This document shows, piece after piece, positions 25,761-39,977 of a stretch of 64,000 bases of DNA. The notes under the pieces were generated by a model. That model did not search any database. It was not told the DNA's origin and saw only the letters and a program-made list of their open reading frames with translations. Source of the DNA: Chiloscyllium plagiosum (taxonomy: Eukaryota); NCBI RefSeq assembly GCF_004010195.1, contig NC_057733.1, forward strand, positions 33,629,473 through 33,693,472. Direction: 5' to 3'. Numbering within the stretch: position 1 is the stretch's first letter; every line of letters begins with the position of its first letter. The position numbers were made by a program, and so were the translations under genes.

Positions 25761-26394
25761 AACTAATATGTTATATCTAAACTACTGCTGCTGAACTAAC
25801 ACAATAAACTAACTGGAAATTACTTGCAATAAATTATTGACTGCTTATCTTGAGTAACTGTGATCACTAACCCCTGAAATCAACACTGCTCAATTCATTT
25901 GGCTTACATTGGATATCTTTTTATTAGAGTTCCTCATCTCTCATTGTCACAACCGAAGGTTTGGGTTCTCTGTATTTGACTCATGATTTCACTGTATCTG
26001 ATGTGGGGATCCTGTGGTCCTGCTATTTCCTCCAGTTCCATACAGCAAATATTGAGGAATGCCATCAACAACACAGAAAGGACAAAACATGTGAAATCGC
26101 GCATGTGATTAATCCCAGTGATACATTCCATACTACCATTAAAAGGTCAACTGCAATCTTGCTAGTTTTTGGAATTAAAAATGAGTGCCAATTTGCTGCT
26201 TACTTGTTTGCAAATGAAACTGAGAACTTGAAGTGAGTAAATAAATATGAAATCAAAGTTCACAAAGCAAATAACATTGAAAGCAAACAGATTTGTTGGA
26301 TTACTGAGGAAGAATCTTTGGTATTACAACATCTAACTTAACAAACATTTCTTCGTCCACTGCTGGAGTACACAGGTTGTTTGTGAGATTCCTG

Positions 26395-27130
26395 AATGGT
26401 GCAACATGTGGCAGATGAAGTTTAATTTTGGTAATTGCAAGGTGATAAGGCAAACTAGGGCAAGGTTTATACAATTAATGGTAGTCCCCTGTGGAGTGTT
26501 GTCAAACAGAGGGACCTAGGGGTTCATTTACACAGTTCCTTGAAAGTGGTGTCACAGGTAGGCAGGGTGGTGAAGAAAGCATTTAGCATACTTGCCTTCA
26601 TTGGTCAGAACATTCAGGAGTTGGGGCATCATGTTATGGCTGTACAGGACATTGGTGAGACCACTTGGAGTACTGCATACTGTTCTAGTCATTCTGCTAT
26701 AGAAGGATATTATTAAATTGGAAAGGGTGCAGAAAAGATTCACAAGAATGTTACTGGGACTGGAGGTTTGGAATGATAGGGAGAAGTTAGATTGGCTGGG
26801 ATTTTTTTCCCTAGGGAAGCAGGAGGTTGAAGTGTGACCTTATAGAGGTTTATAAAATGAGAGGCATTGATAAAGTGAATACCCAAGGTCTTTTCCCTAC
26901 AGTAGGGGAACTCAAAACTAGAGGGCATAGGTTTAAAGTGAGAGGGGAAAGATTTAAAAGGGCTGCAGATGGCAACCTTTTCACACAGAGCATGGTATGT
27001 ATATGGAATGAACTGCCATTGGAAGTAGCAGATGTAGGTACAGTTACAACATTTCAAAGACATTTACACAGGTACATTAATAAGAAAGATGTAGAAGGAT
27101 GTGTGTCAAATCCAGGCAAATGGGATGAGA
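26395..27130 (+). mobile_element. CR1 LINE 3' fragment
   Basis: DLIEVYKMRGIDKVN..LFP..ELKTRGHRFKVRGERF...IWNELP. Confidence 0.88.
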
Positions 27131-29072
27131 GTTATAGAGTCATAGAGATATATGGCACGGAAACACATCCTTCGTTCCAACTCATCCACGTCAACTACAT
27201 ATCCTAAATTAATCTCATCCCATTTGGCCCTATCCCTCTAAACCCTTCCTGTTCATGTACCCATCCAGATGCCTTTTAAATGTTGTATTTGTACCAGCCT
27301 CCACCACTTCCTCTGGCAGCTCATTCCATACACGCCCCACTACCGTCTGTGTGAAAAAGTTGCCCCTAAAGTGCCCTTTAAATCTTTCTCCTCTCACCCT
27401 AGACCAATGCCCTCTAGTTCTTAACTCCCCCAATCCAGGGAAAAGATGTTGTCAATTTGTCCTATCCATACCCCTCATGATTTTATAAACCTCTACAACG
27501 TCACCCTTCAGCCTCCAATGCTCCAGGGAAAACAGTCCCAGCCTACTAAACCTCTTCCTATAGCTCGAACCCTCCAAGTCTGCAAACATCTTTGTAAATA
27601 TTTTCTGAACCCTTTCAAGTTTCACAGAGTCCATCCCATAGGAAGGAGACCAGAATAGCACTCAATATTCCAAAAGTGGCCTAACCAATGTCCTCTATAG
27701 CTGAAACATGAACTCCCAATTCCTATACTCAATGCTCCATACAATAAAGGAAAACAAAACTAAATGCCTTCTTCACTATCCTGTCTACCTAAGACTGCAA
27801 TTTCAAGGAACTATGAACCTGCACTCCAAGGTCTCTTTGTTCATCAACACTGACTAGGACCTTACCATTAAGTGTATAAGTCCTGCCCTGATTTGCTTTT
27901 CCAAAATGTAACACCTTGTATTTATCTAAATTAAACTCCATCTGCCACACCTCAACACATTGGCCCATCTGATCAAGATGTCATTGTACTTTGAGGTAAC
28001 CTTCTCCGCTGTCCACTACACCTCCAATTTTGGTGTCATCTGCAAACTTATTAACCATACCTCTTATGTTCACGTCCAAATCATGTATATAAATAACGAA
28101 AAGCAGTGGACCCAGCAACAATACTTGTGGCACACCACTGGTTACAGGCCTCCAGTCTGGAAAACAACCCTTTACCACTGCTGTCTTCTACCTTTGAGCC
28201 AGTTCTGTCTCCAAATGCCTAGTTCTCCCTGTATTCCATGAGATATAACTTTGCTAACCAGTCTCTCATTAGGAATTTTGCTGAGTGCTTTATTGAAGTC
28301 CACATAGATCACATCCACTGCCCTGACTTCTTCAATCCTCTTTGTTACTTCAAAAAACTTAATCAAGATAGTGAGACATGATTTCTCACACACAAAGCCA
28401 TTGTTGACTATCCCCAATCAGTCCTTCCCTTTCCAAGTACATGTAAATCCTGTCCCTCAGGATTCCCTCCAACAACTTGCCCACCACTGATGTCAGGCTC
28501 ATTGGTCTATAGTTCCCTGGCTTTTACTTACCACCTTTCTTAAACAGTGGCACCACGTTAGCCAATCTCCAGTCTTCCGGCACCTCACCTGTGAATATTG
28601 AGGATCCAAATATCTCAGCAAGGGGCACAGCAATCATTTCCCTAGCTTCCCACAGAGTTCTAGGCTACACCTGATCACATCCTGGGGATTTATCCACCTT
28701 TGTATATTTTAAGACATCCAGCACTTCCTCCTCTGTAATATGGGCATTTTTCTCAACGTCACCATCTATTTCCCCACATTCTGTATCTTCCATGTCCTTC
28801 TCTACTAATACAAAATACTCATTTAGTATCTCCTCCAATTCCTGTGGTTCCACATGTAGGCTGCCTTGCTTATCTTTGAGAGGTCCTATCATTTCTCTTG
28901 TTGCCCTTCTGTCCTTAATGTATTCATAAAATCTCTTTGGATTCTCCTTAACTTTATTTGTCAAAGTTATCTGCTGTCCCCTTTTTGGCCTCCTGGTTTC
29001 TCTCTTAAGTTTACTCCTACTGCTTTTATACTCTTCTAAGGATTCAATCAATCCCTGCTCTCTATACCTGAC
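27130..29072 (-). mobile_element. CR1 (HER1-like) LINE fragment, tail-to-tail with the previous one
   Basis: [51 protein letters not shown]; (ctctatga)-type tail. Confidence 0.92.
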
Positions 29073-31667
29073 AAAAGGAAGTTTAGTTTTGGGAAAACCT
29101 GGTTGACATGAAGCAGTTGGACTGAAAACTCTGTTTCTATGCTGAATGACTCTGTGACTTAGAATGTATTTCAAAGATGTGCTGTTTGTTTCTGTGTGAA
29201 ATTATGAAAAAATAATCAGTGTTCCATACTTGATGAAGGTTATGAAATGGGGACCAAGGCAGCAAAGCAGGGAGATAAAGAGACAAAATCTGTTCTATAA
29301 GATACATGATGACCTGTTGGGAATTGACAGAAACAAATATCTCTGGCAATGGCAATTCATGAGGTAGCCAGCCACATAAACTACAAAGGCAATTTAAAAG
29401 ACAGTGTAGCAACAATCTTTCTTCCCAATAATAATCCCACAATGGAACAATCTGACACAGAGAATAGTCACACGTTTATTACTTGAAAACTTCGAAACCC
29501 ATCTTTGGATATTTCCATTTTTAAGCTTTCATTATCAGGACTACAATTTCAACATCACACCTACTTTAGGTAATGCTATCCACATAGATGTAAGTGGAAT
29601 AGGGATATTAGTCTGTAATGTCAAAATAAAGCAGAGGTCTTGGCAAGAGCTTGATATTTAGTTTTCTCAGTTTATTCAGAATCTAGCAAGTTGTTACTGG
29701 GTGTGTGAGGATATATATACACCAAAACCTTCAAGTAACTCTGCACATTCTTTTTGGCAGCATTCTGTGTTGATGGCTCACAGAATCAAAATTTCTTGCT
29801 TCTGACAACAAGTATATCAAATGTTCCACAGGTCTTGTGAACACATATTTATTGTGTGGATGTCAAGTTAAACATCAGGTGTAATTGAATTTGAAATCTT
29901 TATTGTAGATGGGTGTCCAAAATCAATCTGAACAACTGATCAATTTGTTGCACTTTGTGTTATTAATGTATCTGAAGTTTGACATTTATGTAGAAGAGTT
30001 CCTTTTTATCAATAACTTGAAAATAACATTTCTTGAGTATAGGAACCTTCATAACAAATAGGTAATTCCTCTCAAAGTAGGCTTATCCCCATCTGAGGAA
30101 GTCTTGAGCATTAAAACCAAAACATCAGGTAACAGAAACAAGATAAAACAACAAATATTTGCCACATTGAATGTCTACCATTTAAGGAATGAATACATTG
30201 AAAAATCTTTGTAGTAATCGATTCCTTCATGAAATTGTGTGTTCTTTTACATCTCAATCTGAAGCCACCCCAGAGACCCCTTGTACTGGTAGACGAAGTA
30301 TAAGAGCAGTTTAGACAGGCACTATGGGCTCACACCCAGGGATACAGCAGTTAATGGAATACAAACGCCTGTAAACCATTTTGGAACTCCTGTTATACAG
30401 TTTGGTGTACTTTACAGTTATCATTATTACTGGGGGTATTGGCTGTTTTATACTTCACATTTCTCCAGATTTTTGTATCAGTTGAATTCAATTCAATATC
30501 ACTGATTTTGCACTACCACACAATATCACTACCACACAAAGTCAAAATTATCCTCAACATGTCTTACTTCATTTTATGTTTGATTTGAGTGCAATTCCCT
30601 GGATGATGGAAAGAATGGAACTAATTGTTTTATGGCACTGTTGGGGAAAGAGAACAGTAATCTTAAGCCGAAGTGCTCCAATGTGATCTATTGTTACAGA
30701 GGTCTTGCAGTTGACAGAAGAGAGCCTTACTCACCATCCTCAGTGTGTTTCATTTACATCTCCCTCTGTATCATCCTCTGCAGCGTCTTGGTGGGTTGGC
30801 CACTCTGAATGATAAAACTGTTTAATGTGCAGTAGATGGCATGTTACTCGAGAGCCTCTCGGGATTATACTACCTCACCATTTCCAGACTTATTTCAACA
30901 GAGAAGTGTTGCTTCAGTGGCGTATATCAGGCCTGCTGTGAGCGCTAATGGATGGACACTGTTTGTCCCTAGTCTTTGCACATTGCTTGCATTTCTGTGA
31001 GGTCAGCCTTCTCCCACCAAACAGACAGCATCTGATCTGATGTTCAGGTATGAGATAGATGGAATAAGAAATGATACAGATGGAACCATAATGGCAGACG
31101 CAAAGAAGCCCAGAACAGACTGCATAAAGAGCTACATGTTGTACGCCAGCTAGGTGCTCAGTGATTGAAATTCCCTTTCGATTCTTACAGGCTATAGGCA
31201 CAAAATATTATGTGAGTGTCAGATGATGCTCAACATCTGAGGAAGCTCAGAGCCCTGTCATGCTGGTTTATAGCTCGCTTTTTAGGCAAATTGGCTGATG
31301 TCACACATGTCAACTCAAATGATCTCAAGGCATATAAGGCTGGAGCCACCATATTTTAAACAGACACAGGAAAAGAAGGTTGTGATCTTGTTGTGGGCGG
31401 TCATTGGTACTGCAGCAGACAATATTGTTACAACACGGAGAGAGACAGCTGAACCAAATTAGCCTTTCTACCTTTGTATTTGCAAAACAGTACAATTAAA
31501 CTGAAAAGCCCAGTGATTACTCCAATGGTTCCTAACCAGACTTTCAATAACCAATTCCAGACGTGCACATAATTAACTCAAGACACTGATTTTGTATCTC
31601 AAACAAAACATTTGAATACTTCAGTAAATATGCAAAACTACTGCAGATTTAAAAAATCAAGATAATA

Positions 31668-32120
31668 ATCATAGAATCATAGAGTTAGACTGCACAGAAA
31701 CAGATTCATCGGTCTAACTAGCCTGCGCTGACCAGATATCCTAAATTAATCTAGTCCCATTTGTCAGTGTTTTGCCCTTATCCCTCTAAACCCTTCCTAT
31801 CTATGTAACCATGCAGATGCTGTTTAAATGTTGTATTGTACTGGCCTCCATGACTTCCTTTAGCAGCTCATTCCAGCCACATACTATCCTCTGTGTGAAA
31901 ATGTTGCCCCTGAAGTCCCTTTTAAATGTTTCTTCCCCTCATCTTGAACCTATGCCCTCTAGTTTTGAACTCCCCTAACCTGGGAAAAAGACCTTGTCTA
32001 TTTATCCTATCCATGCCCCTCATGTTTTTATAAACCTCTATAAGGTCACCCCTTAGCCTATGACACTGCAGAGAAAACAGCCCCAGCTTATTCAGCCTCT
32101 CCCTATAGCTCAAACCCTCT
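31668..32120 (-). mobile_element. CR1 LINE 3' fragment
   Basis: SYRERLNKLGLFSL..RLRGDLIEVYK and tail. Confidence 0.9.
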
Positions 32121-33504
32121 GCCTACCATTAAACTTGAAAGATTTGTTTTCAACGTCCAATAACATCAAAGACAGACAGATAGACAAGTTGAGGGATAAA
32201 TAAAAGAAAACTAACCAGATTACTTAAATCATTTTCAAGTTGTGATGCTTTGTGAGGCTACGTGTGTATTCCATTGTTGCTTTTCTGGAAACGTTGAACA
32301 GGGTTTGCTTCTTTATCACTCAGGTATAAGTAGCAATATTTCTAACTCAGCTTTCTATTTTTTGGATTTCCAAAAGTTGGCGTAGGAGATTAGGCAGGAT
32401 CTTCCATCTCCAGCAGCCAAACTCAACTCCTCCAGAAAGTACAGTTTAAACACAACTCCAATTCTGCTTCCACCCTGATAGACTGGAAGCAATGCCCTCA
32501 ATTACCATTCAGCATCTGCTTGAACACAGACTTGCTGGAACCAGTTCCCACGTACTGAGCTCTTAACAGCCACCTCTGCCATCTATTTAAGTACAATGCT
32601 GTTCCTAAGGTTACTGTGTCCATAGAAACACTTTTAATTAAAAATCAGCCTACAATTAGCCCCCAGGCTTAGCCTTTCAAACCTCCAAAGGCTTGTTTGA
32701 ACTGTTGTTTTCCTTTTGCCACAAGCTATTTCACAAAGTCCACAAGTCTTCTTTGACTCTAAGCCAGAACAGATGAAAGGATAAAAATAATGAAAAAAAT
32801 TAGGGAAGGTTCTAACAATGGCACTTTGAAATCACCTCCAGTATCACAAAGTCTTCTCATACATGGCTCCTTGGTAAACTGCAGCTCCCACTGTCTTCAC
32901 CTATACATTCCTGTCGGGTATACCTTTTAATTGTACTCCTTCTGCCTCTTTCTTCTCTACTTCCATGGACTCAATCTGTTTCCTCCTTGCATTCGGATCA
33001 CAAGGTTCCATGCTTAGTGAAACCAGAGTTTTGCCAGCAGCCCCTGAGTCAAAAACCCTCTGCCAAATCCCCCAAAAATGCTCAGAAATATTGACTATCA
33101 GTTCCACAATCAATTTGCCACACCTCAACAGCAGCACCAGAATATGGAACAGCAAATTAATTCAGCAATAATTTACCTAAGATAAAATATCTTAGGTGAC
33201 TTCAAATATCAGCAGAAATGGCACAGAACAACTGTTCATCCCCATGGTTTCAAAGAACAATTTAGAATTTCCCAATAGGTCAGTAGAGCTGCAAAGAAGT
33301 AATTTAAATTCAAAATCAACTGTAGATTTCTTATTAAATTTCTTGCAGCATGCTTGCTGATTTAAGAAGACTGAATGCTTACAAGTAATGCTATTTCAAT
33401 CTGATGACAGTTATATTCTGAATGTAGAATGGCACGCTGAATTGCATCCCAAATTTCATTCAATGATAACAGCAATGGTTTTGCTTTGCAGAACCAATAG
33501 AATT

Positions 33505-33638
33505 AGGAGCAAATTACTGCAGACGCTGGAATCTCTACTGAAAACAACAAATACTGGAGACCATGGCGTGTCAGGCAACATCCATAGAGAGAGAGCAAGC
33601 TGATGTTTCGAGTCTAGATGACTGGTCATCAGAGCTGG
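33505..33638 (-). mobile_element. Penelope-like terminal-repeat unit (third family)
   Basis: Reverse complement reads cagctCTGATGAccagtcatctagactcGAAACatcagc...gttgcctgac...ttccagcgtctgcagtaatttgct. Confidence 0.7.
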
Positions 33639-34099
33639 TGAGTTGAAAGTTCAACATTACAGTGCTTATCAGTGTAATAGATTGCCCACATTGAAAGTCC
33701 CTCCTCATTGACTTGCAGGAATGTCAAATCATAACTATTTCTAAAATGGTAAATACAAACATTTGGAAATATTAGATTTTCAAAATTTGACATTTCACTA
33801 ATCTGGTCTCAGATGCAGACAATGTGTGCCAGTAACTGCAGCTGTGAACACTGACATTTGCAAAATAGCAATGGAGAAACAAAGTGTTGTGTTTGCAAAC
33901 AAATTTCATAACATCAATCTGATGCATCCAAAACCAATGGGCAGATACTTATAGGGACGCGAATGACATGGGCTATTATGAGAAATCATATGGAGATGTT
34001 AGGAGCAACTGGTTCCATTTTCCAACAGAATTCCAAATGTTGAGATGAGATTTTTACTTTGGAATGGTGACATGGTCCACCCCATTGAGTGACCTGATC

Positions 34100-34220
34100 A
34101 GACAATCCATATCCGGTCCACTAATGTCTTTTAGGGAATGAAACTGCCATCCTTTACCTGCTCTGGCCTATATGTGACTCCAGACCTACAGTAAAGTGGT
34201 TAACTCTTAACTGTCCTCTG
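34100..34220 (+). mobile_element. SINE body fragment
   Basis: cactaatgtcttttagggaa..ctggcctatatgtgactccagacc..actcttaactgtcctctg resembles an abundant fish/shark SINE segment; family not assigned. Confidence 0.5.
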
Positions 34221-34539
34221 GGAAATCGTGAAGATTTCCTCCTTCACGAACAATGTTACTCAATTCCTTCCTGCCTGTCCTTCCTGAAATATTGAGTACC
34301 CCTGAATGTTCAGTTCCATCTTTGGGCACCATGCAGATGGATCTCTGCAATTGCACCAAATCACAAATGTTTAGATCCATTTGCGCTGCCAATTCACCTG
34401 CCTTATTGTGAATGCAAACTCATAGATTTATTAGCTCTAATATGGATTGTCACTCAATGGGGTGGACCATGGTCTCTCCATAGGGTCCATCTGCAAAACT
34501 AAGTGAAAAGGTTTGGATCACTCTCTGTAATCTGGAAGA

Positions 34540-34955
34540 AGGTTCTGAGCTCGGTAGCAATCTTTGATCAGACTGACAGGATCTGGTGGCACAGCCTCCT
34601 CTGCCAGTTGTTCAGGAAGAGGACTCCTCTCCTTTGCACCAGCCCATTCATCAGGACTTCCAGTTCCCTGTCCGTCAAGGTTATTCTTATCTTTTCCTTC
34701 TCCATCATGTTAAGATTGTATCTATCAATGAGCAATGCAGCTTTGGAGCATACGTGTTCTTCCAGCTGCACTGCACTTTCTTAAAGTTGGTGTTAAGCAT
34801 CGGTGTAGCAATTGAAACTCTTAAGTTACCCTCTCAACAGGATGGTGAGCATAAAACCCAGCTCAGTTGTCTACAGGACATCGAAAGACATGTGGATGAA
34901 GTCAACAGACTTGAGAGAATCTGAAAGGTAAGACTGAATCTGAAATCATGCCTAC
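34540..34955 (-). mobile_element. PIF/Harbinger remnant: Myb/SANT-like gene fragment
   Basis: MEKEK..LTDRELEVLMNGLVQRRGVLF matches the F(S/T)DxELEVLvxxVxxRxxVLF start of Harbinger Myb/SANT proteins. Confidence 0.65.
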
Positions 34956-35284
34956 TAATTTGCTTCAAATTGTTTGCACAACATGCCAAGCTTTCACACA
35001 ATGTTACAGTTCTATCATCAACATCGGTGCATTCACATATCAAAATAAAACACATGATCGAGTGCCTTTAGTTGGCAGAGAAAATATGTTGCCTTAGAGC
35101 TAGCAAAGCACAAACATCTGAATTTTGGATTACAGAATTTTGGAATACAGAATTATTATCAACCTAATTAACCAGTGATTCTTTGATTTGGTTATCATAA
35201 CGTTTGGACTACTACATATGGTTATGGGTACAAATGATCTTAATACCAGGCTGTACCATACATGGACCAGCCTTATACATGTAA

Positions 35285-37670
35285 GTAGTAGACATGGAGA
35301 GGAATTTGTTAAGTGTGTACTAGAAAATTTTCTGATTTACTATGTGGATCATATTAGAGAAGGTGCAAATCTTGACCTACTCTTGAGAAATAAGGCAGGG
35401 GAGGAGACTGAGGTGTCAGTGGGGAAGCACTTTGGGGCCAGCGACCATAATTCTATTAGATTTAAAATAGTGATGATAAAGGATAGACTGCATCTAAAAG
35501 TTGAATTTATAAATCGGAGGAAGGCTAATTTAGGCAAGAACTTTCAAAAGCTGATTGGGGGCAGATGTTCACAAGTAAAGGGACAGCTGGAAAATGGAAA
35601 GCCTTCAGAAATGAGATAACGAGAATCCAGAGACAGTATATTCCTGTTGGGGGAAAGGAAAGGCCAATGTTGGATGATGAAAGAAATTGAGGACTTGGTT
35701 AATAAAAAGAAGGAAATGTCAGGTACAGACAGGAGAGATCGAGTGAACCCTTAGAAGAGCATAAAGGCAGTAGGAGTATACTAAAGAGGGAAATCAGGAG
35801 GGCAAAAAGGGGACATGAGATAGCTTTGGCAAACAGGGTTAAGGAGAATCCAAAGGGTTTAATAAATGTTTATAAATACATTAAGGACAAAAGGGTAACT
35901 AGGGAGAGAATAGGGCCCCTCAAAGATCAGCATGGCAGCCTATGTGTGGAGCTGCAGGAAATGGAGGAGATACAAAATGAGTATTTTGCATCAGTGTTTA
36001 CTGTGAAGAAGGACATGGAAGATATGGAATGTGGGGAATAGTTGGTGACATCTTGAAAAATGTCCATATTACAGGGGAGGAGATGCTGGATGTCTTAAAA
36101 CGCATAAAAGTAGATAAATTCCCAGGATGTGATCAGGTGTACCCTAGAAATTCTGTGGGAAGCTTGGGAAGTGATTGCAGTGCCTCTTGCTGAGATAATT
36201 GTGTCATCAATAGTCACAGGTGAGGGGCCGAAAGACTGGAGGTGGCTAACATGGTGCCACTATTTAAGAAAGGTAGTAAGGAAAAGCCAGGGAACTGTTG
36301 ACCGGTGAGACTGACATCAGTGGTGGGCAAGTTGTTGGATGGAATCCTGAGGGACAGGATTTACATGTATTTGGAAAGGCAAGGAATGATTAGAGATAGT
36401 CAGCATGGCTGTATGCGTGGGAAATCATGTCTCATAAACTTGACTGAGTTTTCTGAAGAAATAGCAAAGTTGATTGATGAAGGTAGACATGATCTATATG
36501 GACTTCAGTAAGGCGTTTGACAAGGTTTCTCTTGGGAGACTGATTAGCAAGGTTAGATCTCATGGAATACACAGAGAACTAGCCATTTGGATACAGAACT
36601 GGCTCAAAGGTAGAAGACAGAGGGTGGTGGTGGAGGGTTGTTTTTCAGACTGGAGGCCTGTGACTAGTGGAGTGCCACAAGGATCAGTGCAGGGTCCACT
36701 ACTTTTCGTCTTTTATATAAACTATTTGGATGTGAATATAGGAGGTCTAGTTAGCAAGTTTTCAGGTGACACCAAAATTGAAGGTGTAGTGGACAATGAA
36801 GAAGGTTACCGCAGAGTACAATGGGATCTTGATCAGCTAGGCCAATGCGCTCAGGAGTAGCAGATGGAGTTTAATTTAGATAAATGTGAGGTGCTGCATT
36901 TTGGAAAAGCAAATCTTAGCAGGACTTATACATCTAATGGTAAGGTCCTGGGGAGTGTTGCTGAACAAAGAGACCTTGGAGTGCAGATACATATTTTCTT
37001 GACAGTAGAGTTGCAGGTGGATAGGATAGTGAAGAAGGCATATAGTATGCGTTTCTTTATTGGTCAGAGTATTGAGTACAGAAGTTGGGATGTCATGTTG
37101 CAGCTGTACACGACATTGGTTACGCTACTGTTGGAATATTGCATGCAATTCTAGTCTCCTTCCTATCAGAAAGATGTTGTGAACCTTGAAAGGGTTCAGA
37201 AAAGATTTACACAGATGTTGCCAGGGTTGGAGGCTTTGAACTATAGGGAGAGGCTGAATAGGCTGGGACTGTTTTCCCTGGAGCATCGGAGGCTGAGGGG
37301 TGATCTTATAGAGGCTTATAAAATTATGAGGGGCATATATAGGATAAACAAATGAGGTCTTTTCCCTGAGATGGGGGAATCCAGAACTAGAGGGCATCAG
37401 TTTAGGGTGAGAGGGGAAAGATGTATAAGGGACCTAAGGGGTAATGTTTTCACACAGAGGGTAGTACGTGTATGGAATGAGCTGCCAGAGGAAGTGGTAG
37501 AGACTGATACAATTACAACGTTTAAAAGGCACCTGGATGGGTACGTGAATAGGAAGGGTTTAGAGAGATATGTGCCAAAAGTTGGCAAATGGGACCAGAT
37601 TAGGTTGGGATGGTCAAGTAGTCCGAAGGGTCTGTTTCCGTGCTGTACATCTCTATGACTCTATGACTCC
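35285..37670 (+). mobile_element. CR1 (HER1-like) LINE, 5'-truncated ORF2 from endonuclease end to tail
   Basis: [53 protein letters not shown]; ctctatgactctatgact tail. Confidence 0.95.
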
Positions 37671-38961
37671 ATGTATATTTTCTGGTGCTCAGCTGGTTGA
37701 TCTATTTAGTAAAGACAAATTCAAAAACGCTGAATTAATTTAATCAAAATCAATCTTTATTTTACAAAATGCAAGAAACTGGTTCTAAAATACTATGATC
37801 TATTCCCCCCAAAATATGCAACATTTATCTTCCCAAGTGCAATCAGTCAGTCAAGTCTAAGTCACACTGACTAGGTGCTGACATAATCACATACCAGCCT
37901 ATGGACTCCAAGCTCAAAGTGTTAGGGGTTTCACACTGAGTTCTTCTTTCTTCTTGTGATGGTTATTCTTGGGTTGTTGCCGCAGTGTTCTGTTCACCAG
38001 TATCTTTCTTGAGATGGCATGTGGCTTGGCGCCTGAAATTCTGCTTGTACAAGCCACCAAATCCCATCCCTTCAGCAGATATGATTTCACTATCCCAGTC
38101 AATCAGATTATCTTCTCATGTTTAGTTCACCAGACAGGATCCCGTAACCTTGGTTAATTAAGTTATATTCCATTGTTGGGCTTGGGGCTTGTTATGCCCA
38201 TCTTTGGTTAGACCCACTTGACTCCTCCGAGTTGTCCACTTTCACAAGCATGCAATTTGGTCTGGCCACAACTTGAGTAATTATTGACAAGTAATTGCAA
38301 ACTTTCTCATTGTTAAATCATTTAGGAACACAAGTTCTTTGAGAAAATTACTTTGTTGTTGTTTCTAATTTTGAAAATAAGAGTAATACCAAACTGATAG
38401 GATAATATTAGACAAAGAAGTAAGCATAGAATCATTGATGCAGTCAATGAGAAAAATGGCATCCATTGGCAAAGGTTAGATCTAATTTATAACTGGATGC
38501 TTTGACTTATTTGGCACTATAAGTATCGAATCTCAATTAAAGCAATTCACAAAATACTTCCTTGTTGGCAAGTTTGGCTTCTCAAATTGAAATAAAAAAT
38601 GGTTTTCCAAAGATACACAACCATTGGGAGCTTGAATAAGTTTTCTCTTCCTTATTTCTTCTACCTGCAACTATCTGTTTTATTTCTCCACTGAATTTCA
38701 ATGAAAGATACCTTCATAAAGAATATAGAGTTTTGTGTTTAAACAAAAATTCTATGCTGACATCAACTCGGCACATGTATATATTACTGCATGAAAACCT
38801 TTTAAACTACTTTAATCCAATTGCAGCATCCAATCCCCAAAACTGAAGGGGAGCAGGATAATCTCTGATATTTATATTCCTGCTGAGGAATATTCTCTCT
38901 CATATATTCTCTCTCATACTTACCTGTCTGTTGATCTATGAAGAGTTTCAAAGATCACATT

Positions 38962-39060
38962 ATAGAGTCATAGAGTCATACAGTACGGAAACAGACCCTT
39001 CAGTCTAAGCAGTCTGTGCTAACTATAATCCCAAACTAAACTGGTCACATCTGCTTGCAT
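38962..39060 (-). mobile_element. CR1/HE1 3' tail fragment
   Basis: atagagtcatagagtcatacagtacggaaacagacccttc. Confidence 0.75.
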
Positions 39061-39977
39061 TAATTTTATAATTTTCTAAGTGTTTTTTGGTGAGTTGGTT
39101 CAATAGAAATATAAACCAGATAATCAACTTATGTCAAACTGTTGAAACTTTCCAATTGGTGGTATTGCATTACATCAAATACAAGTAAGAAAATAATTGA
39201 GTATGTTACCGTAATAAAAATCTGCGAAGTTAAATAGCTTCCATTCTATGCTAATAACAAACTTGCTACTTGCAGTACTGATTTTGCACTCATCCAGGCA
39301 AATGACTTTGGGAATTAACCTGATTCTGAAAATCAGAAAGTAGCAACTGTAAAATTTATGAATATTAATGAACAATTAATTTTTGACATGCGCCTAGAAC
39401 AGTACAAGACTTGTTTTCAGATGTTCTGCATTGCCAATTGCTTAGACAAGTTCAAATGTCAAATATGTTCAAGCTACCAATTACCTAAGCCTTGTTTACC
39501 AGCTTTTTGTTCGTCCAGTGTGACATAACAATGAGGACCAATTCTCTGCAATAATGTCTGAATACTTTCAACCAAAACTTATGCGTTTGTGATTTACTTT
39601 GATGAATTTCTGCTCCATTTTTCTATGTCAAATATTCAACACTTAATGCCATACCCAAAATACCTCCAGAAGTACTTGCTTTGACCTCTTATGCATTAAG
39701 TGCCTTTATGTAATTTTCCAGAGATGACAGCTTTCCTTGAGATAACACTATTGTCTTCAAACATTATTTTCTGTGAAGTAATAGTACTATCAATTCAAAA
39801 CAGGATCACAGAAATGAATAAGATAGCAAACTACTTCTCAGTTCAGTTTCAGAACAAATAAATGTGATGAGGTAGAGGTTTGAAGACATTTTTCAGAAAT
39901 AATTAACAACATACAGAAGTGAGGACATTAATGCTTTGTACTGCCTTCTCTTAAACACATTTAATAAAATGCATTTC

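Noticed and set aside
32901-33155. Minus ORF ...MEPCDPNARRKQIESMEVEKKE... as a gene start
   Set aside because: No recognisable domain and no convincing splice donor before the stop.
35188-37658. Functional reverse transcriptase gene
   Set aside because: 5'-truncated CR1 ORF2 with many stops and frameshifts; the catalytic motif is mutated to FSGD.
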